Shown here: positions 25,086-39,274 of the stretch, in pieces | Layout: every line of letters begins with the position of its first letter | Numbering within the stretch: position 1 is the first letter of the stretch | Source of the DNA: Vicugna vicugna | Lineage: Eukaryota | DNA length: 64,000 bases | Direction: 5' to 3' | NCBI GenBank assembly: GCA_013265495.1 | Contig: MU058418.1 | Coordinates: 310,001-374,000, forward strand | Made by a program: the position numbers and the translations under genes | Notes under the pieces: model-generated | Told to the model about the DNA's origin: nothing | The model's input: the letters and a program-made list of their open reading frames with translations, nothing else | The model's database searches: none

Positions 25086-27469
25086 AAAAAGACAGCTCAG
25101 TATCAATCTATTCTGTAACTAGTTCCCTCCGTACCTGCCAACCAATCTACAAAGAGGTGAGCTGCCTTCAGTGGTGGTACTCATACTTGAGAAAGCAGAG
25201 GACGCTGGGACTCAGCAAGAAGTCACAATACTTATTACTAGAAATTAGCTGACCAAAACAAAATTTGTAATATATTTTCTCTTTACACACAAACATAATA
25301 AAGTTCTGCTTGGTGGTCAACTAACACACCTATGAAACTAATAAAGCATAACCAAGCCAGGTAACTTACTATATTTAAGAAACTTTTAAGAAAAATTATT
25401 TTGAATAACTAGACACAACTTGACACTGTCAACGTGCAATTATCCTGCAGGTTAACCAGATACTTATTATGAGGAGAGGTAGCTAACTGAGAACATCTGG
25501 TTTCTGGAAACAGTTTAAGCTGGGCTGTTTTCTCCCTGAGAAGCAAGCCTAGCCAGGCCTCCTTATCTAGGTCTCTAAAGTACTTTCCGGTTTGCGTATC
25601 ACAAAAAGGGTTAAAAATACTTGAGACTACCGAAAAAGCCTAACAAGACATCTGGGTGCTGCGGCTGTCACTGTCAGGGCAGCCCTTGGAGGGAATGCCC
25701 ATATCAATTCAGTTTATCAGATGGACAGCTGATCAACATTAAACAGATTTGCTCTGGGCAGACTGAGCTGAGCTTCCTGACATGAATTCCAATGAGAGCC
25801 CTCTGCACTCTACCACTGAGCTCTGCCATTTTTTACTGCTGCAGCTCCCTGGACATATGGGAATCCCTAGTGATGAGCACATAAAGCTGCCTCTAACTCA
25901 AGTGACGGCTCATTTCCCCTGGCTGAAGGCAGACATTAATATCCTGAGGAGATCAGACCCGCCTCTCTGACCCCCATCTACCGAAGCAAAACGACTGTCC
26001 TATTTCTTCACTTAATAAGCTTTTAATGAAGAAAAAGCAAAACCCTCTCTCTGACTGTGGCACAGTTCTACATGAAAAGGTTATACAAATATGTCTGATT
26101 CTGTGTCAAAGCTTCCAAAATATCTGTCCCCCTCCCTACTGGAGTGTAAATGCTATCATTTGCCCTCCCATAGTGCTCATTCTTTTTGCTGCAGTACAGG
26201 AGTTTGGTTCTCTGCTCCGATAATTATGAGCCATCTCTACATTATGGCAGGTGGAAGATTAAAGAACCGATTACAAAGAGCACGCTGGTGTTTCCATTTT
26301 CATCACAAACCTCTTTCTTGGAAGGTTCATCATTTAGCCATGAAAACTGCTTCAGGCTCAACCAGACTGGGAGAAATGACAGTCCAGTGATAATTCAGAT
26401 AGTACACCAGAAAATGTTTTGGAGCTACATTAGAATATGAGAAAACTGAAAATATTTGGTGAATTAGAGTTGGCATACATACTTTGGTTTTAGGAGGGAT
26501 AGAAGGAAGGCTGTGTGATGGCAGATGAAAAAGATAAGCAGATTTTTACCTGTGAATCTTGGAGATTAAAAATAAGGGGAATCAGAATCATTACTAAAGT
26601 TTAGTGCTGGGCCTATGGCGTATTGCCAAGGCTCTGTGAGTTCTGAATTGTCTCATGAGAGGCTGTGGTTTGAGCTTTTTCCTTCTTTCGAAAGCAAGTA
26701 GGGGTTAGGAGAAATGTGAAGGCTGCATGTTAAATGGGGCACAGGAAGCACTGCAGGAGGGAAATGTCATTCTGCAAAGACCCCCTCCAACAGAGTAACA
26801 GGAGGCAATGATGTCTGAAAAGGGATGTTGGCAGGCTTCGTTTAGACCATGAAATGTGTTTGAGGCTGGGAAGTGTGAAGGTAAGGAGAGCATAAAGGGG
26901 CAAAGATTTGCTTCCTATGAAAAAAGGTATTAGGGTACAGGCTCTACGGTTATGCTTTAAATCACATTGCTTACACTTGTTATCAAGTCAACCTAGGCAT
27001 CTAGAGTCACAGATCCTAAATGTTCCCCCAAATATTTTGTGTATAAAAGTCGAGAGGTTCCCTGGCATGTTTAAGCTATAGACAATAAAAGGCATGGGCA
27101 GGTACTCCGTGTGTAAGCTAATGCACAATTCATAACCTACCACATCCCAGACACTAGGATTTTTTAAACAGCATCTCATTTACTCTTCACCAAGTTTAGT
27201 TATTAACCTTATTACATAGATGAAGAAGTAGATTTCCACAGGGGAAAGAAATGTCAGGGAGCTTCTACATGACATGTTACCCGAGAGGGAAAGACATACA
27301 ATCTGAACATTAAATGAAAGGAAGATTTAAAATCAAATAGCATTTCTAAGTGCCTCTTTAAAGAATCAGATCCTACAAAATACTGTTGTTACCATGCATA
27401 AGATTATTTTCAGACTGCATATATGGCTATAAAAATTCTTAACAGGGTCATTGAAGTCTATTTTATCTT

Positions 27470-27640
27470 CTTTTTAAAAAATAGCTTTACTGAGATATTT
27501 ATATATCATAAAATTCACCCAGTTTTAAGTGTACAATTCAATGAATTTTAGTATATACAGAGTTGTGCACCCATCACTACAACCTAATTTTAGAACATTT
27601 CCATCATCCTAAAAAATATAAACCTTATGCTCATTTAGTC
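27470..27640 (-). mobile_element. L1MB-type 3' end
   Basis: agctttactgagata...ttttaagtgtacaattcaatgaattttag...ttttagaacatttccatc. Confidence 0.75.
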
Positions 27641-28469
27641 ATTCCTTATTTAGGCTGCCTTGATTTTTATTTTAATTTTTCAAGTATCTGAATTTTTTAA
27701 AATATAATTAAGTACAAAGAGCAACAATATAAAATGGAAATGTCAACATAGTTCCACTGAAAAAATACTACAATCTATGATGAAGAGTAAAATGTCCACA
27801 TGACATATATGTTCTTCAAAGCCAAATATAAATAACAGATTCATTAAGTGTCTGAAAGTAATGCTTGTTTTTAAAAACTGATTGTAAGGTATCTCAAAGG
27901 ATGTATGCAGAAAATGATATCCATATACAACTTTCAAGCAAATTACTTTGAAAGGCAATTGTATAGTTTGTTTAATTAGCAAAAAAAAAAACCCTATTAC
28001 TTTATAATTACACCTCACACCTCAGGCAAACCTTAAGTTTTACATTTTTCCTTTCACATGTTTTTGTTTACATGCAAAGAAACAACAGAAATGTTCAAAA
28101 GGTTACCACAGGAAAGCTGCAAGGAAAGGAATAGTACATGCATATGAAGTAGTGAAAAATTCCGTGAATCACAATTTAGATGCAATAAAAAGCTATCTCT
28201 ACTCGTTTTTTTTTTTAATTGTATCACTTTAATTCAAATATGGACTTAATGTGCGTTCACTGGGATGAAAATCCATGACTTCTGGTTTCAAGTGAAACAA
28301 GCGTGCCATCCAAGTTTTTTTTAAATGAAAAGTAGTATAGGAAGATTAAAAGTAGAATTAAAGTATCACAACTATTAAAAGGTCTACTTACAAAAGTAAA
28401 TCATACAAGTGAAATGAGAGCATACTCTTACTGTAAAAAAATCAAACCAACATAAAATTACAAAGAGGG

Positions 28470-28740
28470 TAAGCCATTCAATGTGGTAGACACAAACCAC
28501 ATGTAGCTATGAAGCACATAAAACATCACTGGTCTGAATTCAGATGTGCTTTAGTATTAAAGACTTAGTACAAAAAAATTTTAAATATCTCAGTAGTAAG
28601 TGCTTTATATTAAAGATATTAAAATGATAATATTTTACCTATATTAGTTCAAATAAGCTATATTATTAACATTAATTTCACTCACTTATTTTCTTTTACA
28701 TTTTTAGTGTGGCTACTAGCAAACTGAAAATTATATTCCT
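28470..28740. mobile_element. MER33-like hAT-Charlie MITE
   Basis: ccacatgtagcta...ctggtctgaattcagatgtgc...aaagacttagtac...gtgtggctactag. Confidence 0.7.
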
Positions 28741-29759
28741 ATAGGGTCCCACCAGGTTCATCATCCCTTCATCCTACTTCCTTCCCTGGAAGTTCTCTCT
28801 CTTACAGTTTAGCATATTTTCTTTCAGGCTTTTACTGTATGTTTTTTACGTGTTTGTAAACATATAGCAAATGTAATGCGTTTATAAACAGAGCAAATGC
28901 CATGCATTTTCCTATAAAAGTGTATTGTTAACTTGCTTTATTCACTTAATATAGTTTGCAGAATTTTCTTGTCATCACGTATAGGACTACCTAATTCTTT
29001 TTAATGATGGATATCTATGTATATACCATAATGTTCGCCAGACCCCATTCGTAAATATTTAGGTCATTTCCTATTTTCTATTATTATGAAGAATACTGCA
29101 GTGAACATCCTCATACATATATATCTATGTGCATGATGCAGGAGTAGTTTGGTAGGCTATATTCCTAAGAAGTGAAATTCTGTTAGATATTGCTAAATGG
29201 GCTATTCTGCTTTCAAAATAAAAAAGATAAATAATCTGGTTTGCGACAGTCTATAATTTCTCCATAAGTCTCTGGAATGATAAGGATATAAGCTTCATGT
29301 CAGATATTCAGTAAAGAAAAACAATTCTAATCTATGTCCTTAAGTCAGCCCAGACTTAGCCAATTGATTATTGCGGTGGACACCTTTTGGGCGATTGCCC
29401 TGATAACGATTCCCTTTCCTCTGGAAATGCTGCCTCCCCATCCCCCACTGAGATCATAAGGTGGGTAGTAGCTGCCGTGTCTCTTCCGGGGCCTCAGTGT
29501 CCTCTACTCTGGCCGAGTGGCCTAGAGCTGCTGAGCACCTGGCCTAATTAAAAGCACTCAGATTCTTTCTTTGGGGAATCTGAAACTTAGGGTTACCTGG
29601 GAATTGCTAAAGTCAATGCTCCAAAGTAGCATTTATGATCTTCAGTTATTTAAGTATCACTTTTGCCATTTCTGCATATACTATGTGTATTCTTTCGTAT
29701 TTAAGAAAGAACCTTTTAAATTTTATCTTCAAATTCTCTTTTAGGATTTTATTTAGACA

Positions 29760-29915
29760 CACCATATAGCAAAGCGCTTAAGAGTGCAGATTTGAGAGCC
29801 AGATTGCCTAGATTCATATCCCAGCTCTGCCACTTACTAGCTGTGTGACCTTGAACAATTTGCTCAATCACTCTCAGTGCCTAGTCTTTCCAACTGTAAA
29901 ATGGAGATGACAAGA
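29760..29915 (+). mobile_element. MIR
   Basis: cccagctctgccacttactagctgtgtgaccttgaacaa...ctgtaaaatggagatga. Confidence 0.8.
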
Positions 29916-32900
29916 GCAATCCTTTCCTGTCTATTTAGTCCAATCCCCACCCACTCCCCATGCTCAGTCCTTGAAGTTCTCCTGTGAATCTGCAAAAAAA
30001 GAAATCACTGATCTGGTCTAACACATCTATACTACAGATGAGGAACCAGCAGATTAAAAGGTCTACTGAATTACTTAAGGTCCCACGGGCTCTAGATATT
30101 GGACTTAAAATCCAGGTGCCCTAACCCCCATCCAGTGTTTTTGCTTCTATAGTCAATAAGTTCGTTTTATGAGCAAAGAAAATACTTTTTCTTTTTCAAA
30201 CTGATACCTCACCTTCTTGAAAAGAGATCAAGTAATCTCAATGGTTAGGTCAGGTACAACTCTAGAATGGTGGGAAGCTTGATTTCTGAGTTCCTATCTT
30301 CCTACAGCACGTGATCATCTTCCTGCTCGAGTATCTGCTGCCTTCTCATTCTCATCTTGCCTCTCCACATCAGAACCTTTGGGAATAATCATGAGTCATT
30401 TATATTTTAGGATGAATTAAGTTTATTGAAACAGTGAGTTTTGTTACCAGAATGCTGTGGTTTTAAATCCTGGTTTCATTTCCTATGAGCTGAAAAACCT
30501 TAACAAGTTATTTCAACCCTTCCAAGTCTCAGCTTCCTCTTATTTAAAAATGGGCCAAACAACAGGTACTTCATAGGACTTTTGTAAGGAGGAAGTAAGC
30601 TTCATTCATTGAACAAACAATAAAGATTTATGGAATACTAACTATCTGTTCAGTAGCAGACAAGGCCTTTTCTTAATCACACTGATTGCTTAATGGGGTG
30701 GACAGATAACGACTGTCTTTTATTTCTTTTTTCCCCCCCATTTTTACAAAGTGGGACTAGTTCTCTAGCTTTATTTATTCATCCAAGGAACATTAAGTAA
30801 GTACCTGTTACCTGACAGGTACTACTCAGGACATGAGGAATACAAAGTATGTAAAACACTGTTCCAGAAACCTATAGTATAGTGGGGAAGGGACTTGACA
30901 TTATTCTTACAACTTTCGAAGCCAAACGCCAAATTTAGGACTCTTTTCAGAATAGAAGAATAATGAGGACCTTAGATGCCCATCTTCCCAATCCTGCTGC
31001 CAAGGTTACAGATGCAGAAACCAAGGTCCAGAGATTCTAAGTACTTTGTTCAAGGCTGCACAGGTGGTTATCCATTATATACAGAGGTATCAATGCAGTT
31101 TTCCATTTCCATTGTAGCTAGAAGTACAATCCCCTTACCTTCTAACCTTTTCTATGCATAATGGTACCCCAAGAAGCAGACAAAATAATTTAAGTCTAAG
31201 TCTTCTAGATGGAAGTTTCTCAAAAATTTTGCTTAGGGACAAAATACAATTGGGTAGCACAGAACAATCATTCTTTTATTATGCTGGAATGTATATTTTC
31301 CAGAAATTATAATTATTAGTGGTCTTTCAGATATGCATATTGGTGTGCAGATGTTCAATATACAGAAATTTTTAAAAACTAAACTAGTATTTGACAAGCA
31401 ATCTTAGAAATCAATTAATACTGATTACATGGTATTAAATAATCAAAGAGGATCACAGAGACAAACTCTGTAATCCAATTTGTGAATTTTTTCTTTTTCT
31501 GCATAGTGAACAGAAATAGAGAGACATTTGAAAACAGATCCTGATCACTTCAGAGAAATACATTAACTTTACAAATGTGTTAAAGTTTGTGAATTTTGGC
31601 TTCAAGCCTAAAATAGTTCTAAACATAAATGTCTATATTTTATAGACTTCAAAGATCACATTATTTTTGGTTTCACCTTCTCTTCCCCTATAGTTATCTT
31701 TCTCTTTTCCTGTCTAACTATGACTTCTCATCCTGGTCTTCTGAATCCACAGTGCTCACCTCTACTCCTGGAAAGGCAAGAAATATGCTTAAAAATGCTC
31801 ACATTTTAAGAAAATATTTTTTAAACAAACAGCTAATAAAATGCACTTTTAAAAAATGGCCAAGTGTGCACATGGTTCCACCAATCTTGTATTTTGTGAG
31901 CACCTGTGATGTGCTAGGCACCGTGCTTGGTGCTGCCTTTACCCTGTAAACACAGTCGAATACCATTCTCAAGGAGCTTAAAGCCTGGCAGAGACAAAAA
32001 TAATAAACGGAAATAGAGACATCTGAAAATGCCCCCTGCTCACCTCAGAAAATACATTAACTTTGCAAAAGGATAAAACTATACATTCCAGTCAGCAAAC
32101 ATTTTATTTGCACTTTCATCTGAAATGCCAGGCAGCATCTTAAAAACTCTAGATTAAAGTCTGGAGAACTTGAAGCTCATCGAATACACTTCCAACACAT
32201 AGACAGAGACTTCTACTCTGTAAGAGTTTGTTTTGTAAACTCGCAGTTGAAAGCGTGGCTGCCTACATTATTGTGCTTATTCTAACCAAACTCTGAAATG
32301 TCTAATTTTCCAATTAACCTGATCTTTTCCCACTTCTTGTGGGTTTTATATTGCCTTTCATGTCTTTATACATTTCCACATTTAATCATCTTGGCACTCT
32401 GCTACCATTATTGTCTTCCCTATGTACTCGTCTAGTTCATTCTTATGTCCACAGTATGGTTTCCTTAAAGGAAAACAGCTTCCTTTTACTAATGTGCATT
32501 CTTAGATGGCTCTCCCAATAAAGTCCGATCACGTCAAGAGTAATCTAAGCCTACAGTAACTATTTTTAAAATACTGATGACTCTCTATACATGAATGTGT
32601 TTGTAAGTTTGAAAAATAAGAAGGCTGTAAGAAATAAGATAAACCTGAAATATCTGAGTAAGCCACCAACTTCTCTTATTAAAAGGCTTCCTGATAGTTG
32701 ATGATACCAAATGGTTCACAAGCCAGTTCGGAAGTCAAAGATCAGCAAATGTAATAATAAAGGAGAAAGGTCATTTAATAACTCAGTTCAGATTATAGTC
32801 CCATTACAGCAAGCTAAAATATGTTTACCTTAATATATATGTTTCACAACCACATGAAATAGCCAACTCCTGAGTTAATTTATGGGGAAAAAAAACTTTA

Positions 32901-34889
32901 AAAGAAAAATATTTAGACTATTTGTAACTTAAGAGTCAGAACAGGTGAAAATTGAGAAAACTGTTAACCTGGGTTATCTGATCATCATTATCATCAATAA
33001 AATTATTAAGAATCCCTACTATGTGTCAGTCCCTAGAAATAGAAACTATAAAAGAAGTGTTTTTGTTCTATCAATGAATATGTATCAAAGTGTAAGTGTA
33101 TATGTATTCTTTCTTTTAAAGTAGTTTCAGACACGGTCTGTACCCTGAGAGCTCACGATTTAGTTGGAGATAGACCACAATGACATAAAAAATTTTAATA
33201 AAAGACTACACTGCATATAAGTGTAAAATGAATGCCACAGTCTGTAACTGCTGTAGGGATGGATACAAAATTATGATCCTCGAGGATTTGAAGGGGAGGA
33301 ATGGGAAGGCTCCATGGAAGAGGTAACAGGAGAGCTGGACTCTTCTTGGAAGAGGAGCACACACATCAGTCAGAGCAGGAATGCTGCTGCTCACCCGCAC
33401 TGTGCCCTGAGTGGCTGCCACAGGGGTGTAGGGGGTGCTGGGGGGTTGGAGGGGAGTGGCTCTCCAGTCTGCTTGCTGCTGCTACTGCTGCTGCTGGTCC
33501 CAACAGGGCTCACTGCCCCTGCCAGACAACGAACAAAGTTCGAGAATGGTTGCAGGCAGCAGACAGAAACAGGAACATGGGCGGAGCATAGGTTTAGGAC
33601 AAAGGCTTGGGTGTCTCCTCTCAGACAGGGCCTGAGAGGAAAAGAAATGAGAACAATACAAGAAAGGAAAAGTCCAGGAACATCCTTCATCTTCTGGCCA
33701 CAGCTCCAAAAGACTTGGACAAATTAAAGAGAACAAAATAGCTGAATTGCTACTATTTGCCCAAAAGTCATTTTCACACAGAGACAAAAGAAAATTAACA
33801 TCCTTCTTATTTATATTTTGCTTAAATAAGGTTACCTAAACCAAACAAATGTGAGTTAACATTTGGGTCTTAGAAACCACAGTAAAATATTCACTACCAG
33901 TTAATTATCAGAATGTTGAGTCATTAAACTACCTAATTTCACCAGCACACTTTCATATGGACACAAGTGCCCAGCTTGTGGTCTAAAATAGAGGACTACA
34001 TATTAATCAGAGTGGACTGATAGAATTAACTCAGATTGAAGAGAGCAGAGAAATGAATGAGCTAATTTAGCCCTTTGTCTTCAATCTCATTCTAAAGAGA
34101 AGAATGTGGTGAAGACTTTATCAGGGAGGGTGACACAGACAATGCCCTGGCTTGCCCTTTTAGGAAGCCCTCTTTAAAAATGAAATGTACCCATAGTTCA
34201 GCCTCCTTGGGTCTTAGGTTTAGGTAATAATTTAGACAGTTCCTAACTGAACTGCTTTCTACCACGAAAGTCTTGCCTACCATAAGCCCTTCCCCATAAG
34301 AAAGGACTAGGCCAGGAGTCTCAAGAGAGGGGACTGAGAGAGGATTGCTGGTGAAGCCTGGGTGCCTGCAGTGGGGAAAGGGCAGGATGCTGAGTTGTTC
34401 CTCCAGCGGCTGAAGGTAAGTGGCTGTTGTCCTGAATCTCCGATAAACACCAGCAGTTCGATTTCTCTGTATTTCTACAAAGATCTTATAATTATTCTAG
34501 TTATATTATTAATGGCGTATCTCAAGTAATTTTATGGTACTACTTTCTGTTGAATCTTTATCATGTTAAATTATCAATTATAAACATTTTTCATATAATA
34601 TTTTATTTAAATCCTAAAGCAAGAAGATCTAGAATAACCTATCCACCAATATCTGTATATGGTTTTAACAGTCTGATAATAAGTCAAAAGAAAATTACAT
34701 TAAACTCTGCTCATTTCAAAACACATTTAAGATTGAAGTTCATTTAGAAAAAAATATGCATGTTTTAATATTCCTTTTCTTTCTTCTTTAAAGCACAATT
34801 TTGATAGGATCTGGGGTAAAAAATGAGTAAGACACAGTGTGTTCCTTGAAGGGTTTGTGATCCGATTATGTGAAAGACAAAAGCAGATA

Positions 34890-35140
34890 GTGTCAATAAG
34901 GTATGGTTGTTAAGAATATGAGTTTGGAGCAAAAAAAGACCTGGTTTAAATCCCAGATCGGTCACTGATGGTTTGTGATCTTGGTTAAATTATTTAACAC
35001 CTCCAAACTTTATTGTCCTCATCTATCACTACTGACCCTTTAAGATTATAGTGAGACATGAGGAAGACAACATGTATAGAGAGTTTTCAACACAATGCCT
35101 GGCACGTGGTCTGTGCCCAGTACATGGCAGCTATTACTGC
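34890..35140 (+). mobile_element. MIR
   Basis: agacctggtttaaatcccag...aacacaatgcctggcacgtgg. Confidence 0.7.
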
Positions 35141-35599
35141 TATCCCCACTAATGTTTGTACAGACTTATGCACAGTATGCTAAGGAAGCCCAGAAGAGGG
35201 GTACTTAGCTCAGCCTGAGGTCAGGGAAGGTTTCCTGGAGAAGATGAAAGTAAGTTGTGTCTTAAGGAATACGTTAGAGTTAGACAAAGAAAAGCAGGAA
35301 TGGCATTCCATGCTGAGGAAACAGCATAGTGTAAACAGGGCACTGCAAATATTTGGTATTTGCTGGCAGGTCTAGTACAAGAATAGTCATCACTCCACAG
35401 CCCCTTTCCTTGGCATCCTATAGTATAGCTGCTTCTCTCTCCACATAGTTTACAGTCTATCCTCCCCAGAAATACCCACCCCACCCCTGACAGCTATGTT
35501 GGCTTGGCCCCTAAAGCATAATTCAGCCTACAAAGGTAGATCGGGCCTCTCCAGAGCCTTACCAGAACCTGCTCTTTCCCTTTGTGACATGAAAAGGGG

Positions 35600-35830
35600 A
35601 AAACAGCAGAGGAAGAGTCTGGGCTCTGGAGTTAGACTACCTCAGTTCAAATTCTGGCCCAGTCACTGTCACTTTGGGCAAGCTGCTTCATCTCTATGTG
35701 CTTCAGTTTTTTCTTTTTCTTAAAAGGGGATGATAATAATCTCTCAGGGTTGCTGTGAGGATTCAGTGAGGTAATACATGTAAGAAAATTAGAACAGCAT
35801 CTGGTTGCTAATAAGGATTAGCTATTATAA
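35600..35830 (+). mobile_element. MIR
   Basis: ggctctggagttagact...ctctatgtgcttcagttt...ctcagggttgctgtgaggatt. Confidence 0.75.
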
Positions 35831-36929
35831 CCTAACAAAATTAAAATTCCATGTTTCATGGACAGGAAATCTTAGAGAAAGGAGAGAAGGCGCTAGATTA
35901 GAAATGTCATCTGTTGTGGGGCAGAAGAAAGAAGGGAGAATAAGAGGGCAAAAAGGAGTATATTATTTGAGTACCTGATGGGTATCTGATGGGTATCAGA
36001 AGTACCACATTAAGTGCTTCATATGTTTTTCCAAATGGCTCTTATAACAGCTGTGCTAGGTAAGTGGTATTGTCCCTGTTTTTATACATGAGTACACTAG
36101 GGTTTAGAAAGATCAAGAAATTTGCCTAGCCAAATGGACAGAACCATGGTTCGAAACCATGGCTGGAAGAATACACAGCCATGCTCTCCCAAACAGCTAC
36201 TTCTCTTCATCAGAACGGTGAAAATAGGCCTCTATTTCCTTAGGTTGAAAATTATGATATCAAACTTCACATTGCTAAGAAGAAACCTGAGAGCTGCCTA
36301 AGTTTTCACATGATTTTTTTAGGCCTACTCCAGGAAATACAAACATTTGTTCATGTTCTGATTTCATGTGCTATGCCCAGGATTCCATTTCATAAAAATC
36401 ATGAACTACAGGATATAAATCAAGAGTACATTTCCTTGTCTAGAAGTCCAGAGCATATTACAATTACACAATGGGTAACAAATATATTATTCTTTAGAAC
36501 TCCAATTTTACATTTTCAGACATAAACTGACTAGGCCTACATTTGTTTTATAACATGAGGCAGGTCCAATTCTAATCTTTAATTTACATTTTTTTTCAAG
36601 CTTAAATATTGTACAAGGTATTCTGTGGGTCTTTAATATCCTTTAGATTCATATTTCATAGTAATTTGGCTTCTTACGTACCCTTTTTTTTCCTACTAAA
36701 GAACATAAATTTCTTACAACAAAATAAGAATAAAGTTAGAAAAAAATAAAGTTAAAGAAACTATGGGAAAGGTGAATAATATGAGACTGTCTGGCTATAA
36801 AGCATTAACTTCATGAGCTGAACCCTGAAGTATAAACTAGTCTTACGGATCTTATACATACTAGAAAGAGCTTTTCATATTGTCATTTCTTTGTTGATGG
36901 AGATGCTTTTTTCAAGTATGAAGGAAAAT

Positions 36930-36932
<3 letters not shown>

Positions 36933-36996
<64 letters not shown>

Positions 36997-36997
36997 A
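36933..36997. repeat. Compound microsatellite (TC)20(AC)12
   Basis: Read directly from the sequence. Confidence 0.95.
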
Positions 36998-39274
36998 GAG
37001 GTCTTGTCACATGCTGGTCCTATACTGATAAAAGAGCACCAATCCTCAGGGGAAGCTTCAAATACTCTAGGACAAGAAGCTGCAAAGGGGGTGGGGGAGC
37101 AGAGGAGAGCAGACGATACTCTATAGAGACATTTTTATAAACATACACACTATTTTTTTAACTTAAAATATATATAATCTTTTTCTTTAATTACAGTTTC
37201 CCATATAACTATTAGTGGGTTCCAGTGATGCAAGCCATATTTATTAGAAGCAGCATGTCAAATAGGAGTTGACAATTACAGTCTCTATCAATACATATTA
37301 TGCCAGACGGTAATGAGCCATCCACAAAGGGCGAGCCATCCACAATCATCACGCCGCTTTCCAGAGAAGTGCCGAAGAGGTTATGGTTTATTACACAGTG
37401 CTCATTAGATATACAGTGGCAGCATTAGCAATTTTTCCTTCATTTGCGTCTCATTTAAGGATCTGCCCCCACAAGCACAGTCAAATTAGTACACAAGGTT
37501 AAAACCATTATGCCCAGAAAAAAATTAAGTTGCATTTTATTTTACAGTAATGGTGGATCAAAGGTCCTCAGAATCTACTATTTGTGAAACCATCATCTAA
37601 CACAGAATATTAACAAAAGGGAAAAGAAAAGCAATGCCCTGCTAGCATGGCTTTGACAGGAACAAAGACAGACTGTTTGAAATAAGCAAACACACATTAC
37701 TTAAGTAAATATCCCTTAAAAAAAAGTATTTTAAAAATAACACTAAGGTTGTGACATCAACTGATAAAAGTCACAAAATTAAAGTTAATGATGAAGCTCT
37801 AACCTATACTTTGAAATGCCTTGTTCACATCAACTTATTTTTAAATATTTTTTACACTGCTTTGTGCACAGTTTGGTTATACATTCACTTATTGCTATAA
37901 AGTACTTATTTTCTTTAAAAACCTAGTTTCTCATATTTGTGGCAAACCCACATTTGTTGATATTTAATAAACTGGAAATTTGAATATAACTATTGTAACT
38001 AGAAAGATCTGCTCAAGAAAGCAAATTTTGGAGTAAGCAACAAAAAGTAAGATAGATACTACTAAATAATAGCTACTTCACTGACAGGGTAAATAGTTGT
38101 GCAAAAAGATCTTTTGAAGAGATTTCTGAAGCCCTGACTGGTTGTTAATAAAATGTTTAAGTTAATTATAGTTAGAAGGATAATATTTCAAATATACTTG
38201 CCCCATATCTTATTAACAGACTGCATCTGTAGCGAACATTCAAGGATCCCTTGCTTTCCTTTCATCAACATTAACTGACTGCCTGCCACATGTCAAACCG
38301 TGCAATAGGCTCTAAGAATTCATCCAAAAAAGGGAGGATGGGGGGAAAAAAACCATAGCTATGTCCTTAAGAAGTTAATGGCCAGATCAGCGAGGATTCA
38401 GACAGGAAACTAAATGATTTCACTCCTAGAAGACAACTGCTACCATAGAAGTAAACTCAGGGTGCCGGGGAGCCCAAATCTTGCTGAAGAAAGGGAGTCT
38501 TCCTAAAGGAAGTAACATCTGACCTAAGGATAATACTACCTCCTGGAGAACGAGGGGGAGACAGACACTGAGAATGTGGAGAAGTGGAGAGACGAAGGAG
38601 GACTGAACTGGGATCATTTGCCTCAGGGAATCAGAAAATACAGTTTTAAGAAATCTTTTTTAAAAGCTGATCTAAATCAGAAGAAAGCACCCTGACATTG
38701 AAATGATGAACTCTACTAAATAAAGTCAGCAAGGAAGGTCTAGGAGTTCAAATGATCATGCATTTTTTAAATAAAAAGGTACTTTAAGAAAAGCATTCTC
38801 TGGTTAGGTTCTTGTGTGGCTAATCAAATTTAAGAGTCAATAAATGTATTATCCATTTAATGTTAACTGTTCGTACAACTGAGTAACTTGCCATGAACAA
38901 ATTTTGAATTTCATTGGCTACTCTAATTATTCTTTACCCCTGCAAATGAGAGGAGTACCCTTGACTCTTTCCCCTTAAACTGATGAAAGTGTGAGCTAGG
39001 TTATAGTCTAATATATGTGTGTCTGCTCTCAGAATACAGGTAAAAGATAGCAAACTTTTAGAGGACAGAGAATAGAATTATTTAATTCTTTTGGTATGGT
39101 ACTCAGTACAGTTCAGGTATAATCAGATACTCACAAACTTTTTTTTTTAATGGAAAAGCCAGTATATCCTAGTACAGCAACTATATATAGCTGTGAATAT
39201 GTGATATTTCTAAACTAGGTCCTACATATCTATGCTAATTTAGCTTTTTATGTAAGTCATTCCCCTTTCCTAAA

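Noticed and set aside
33206..33787. Six overlapping ORFs
   Set aside because: Explained by local GC richness and CTG repeats. No recognisable protein.
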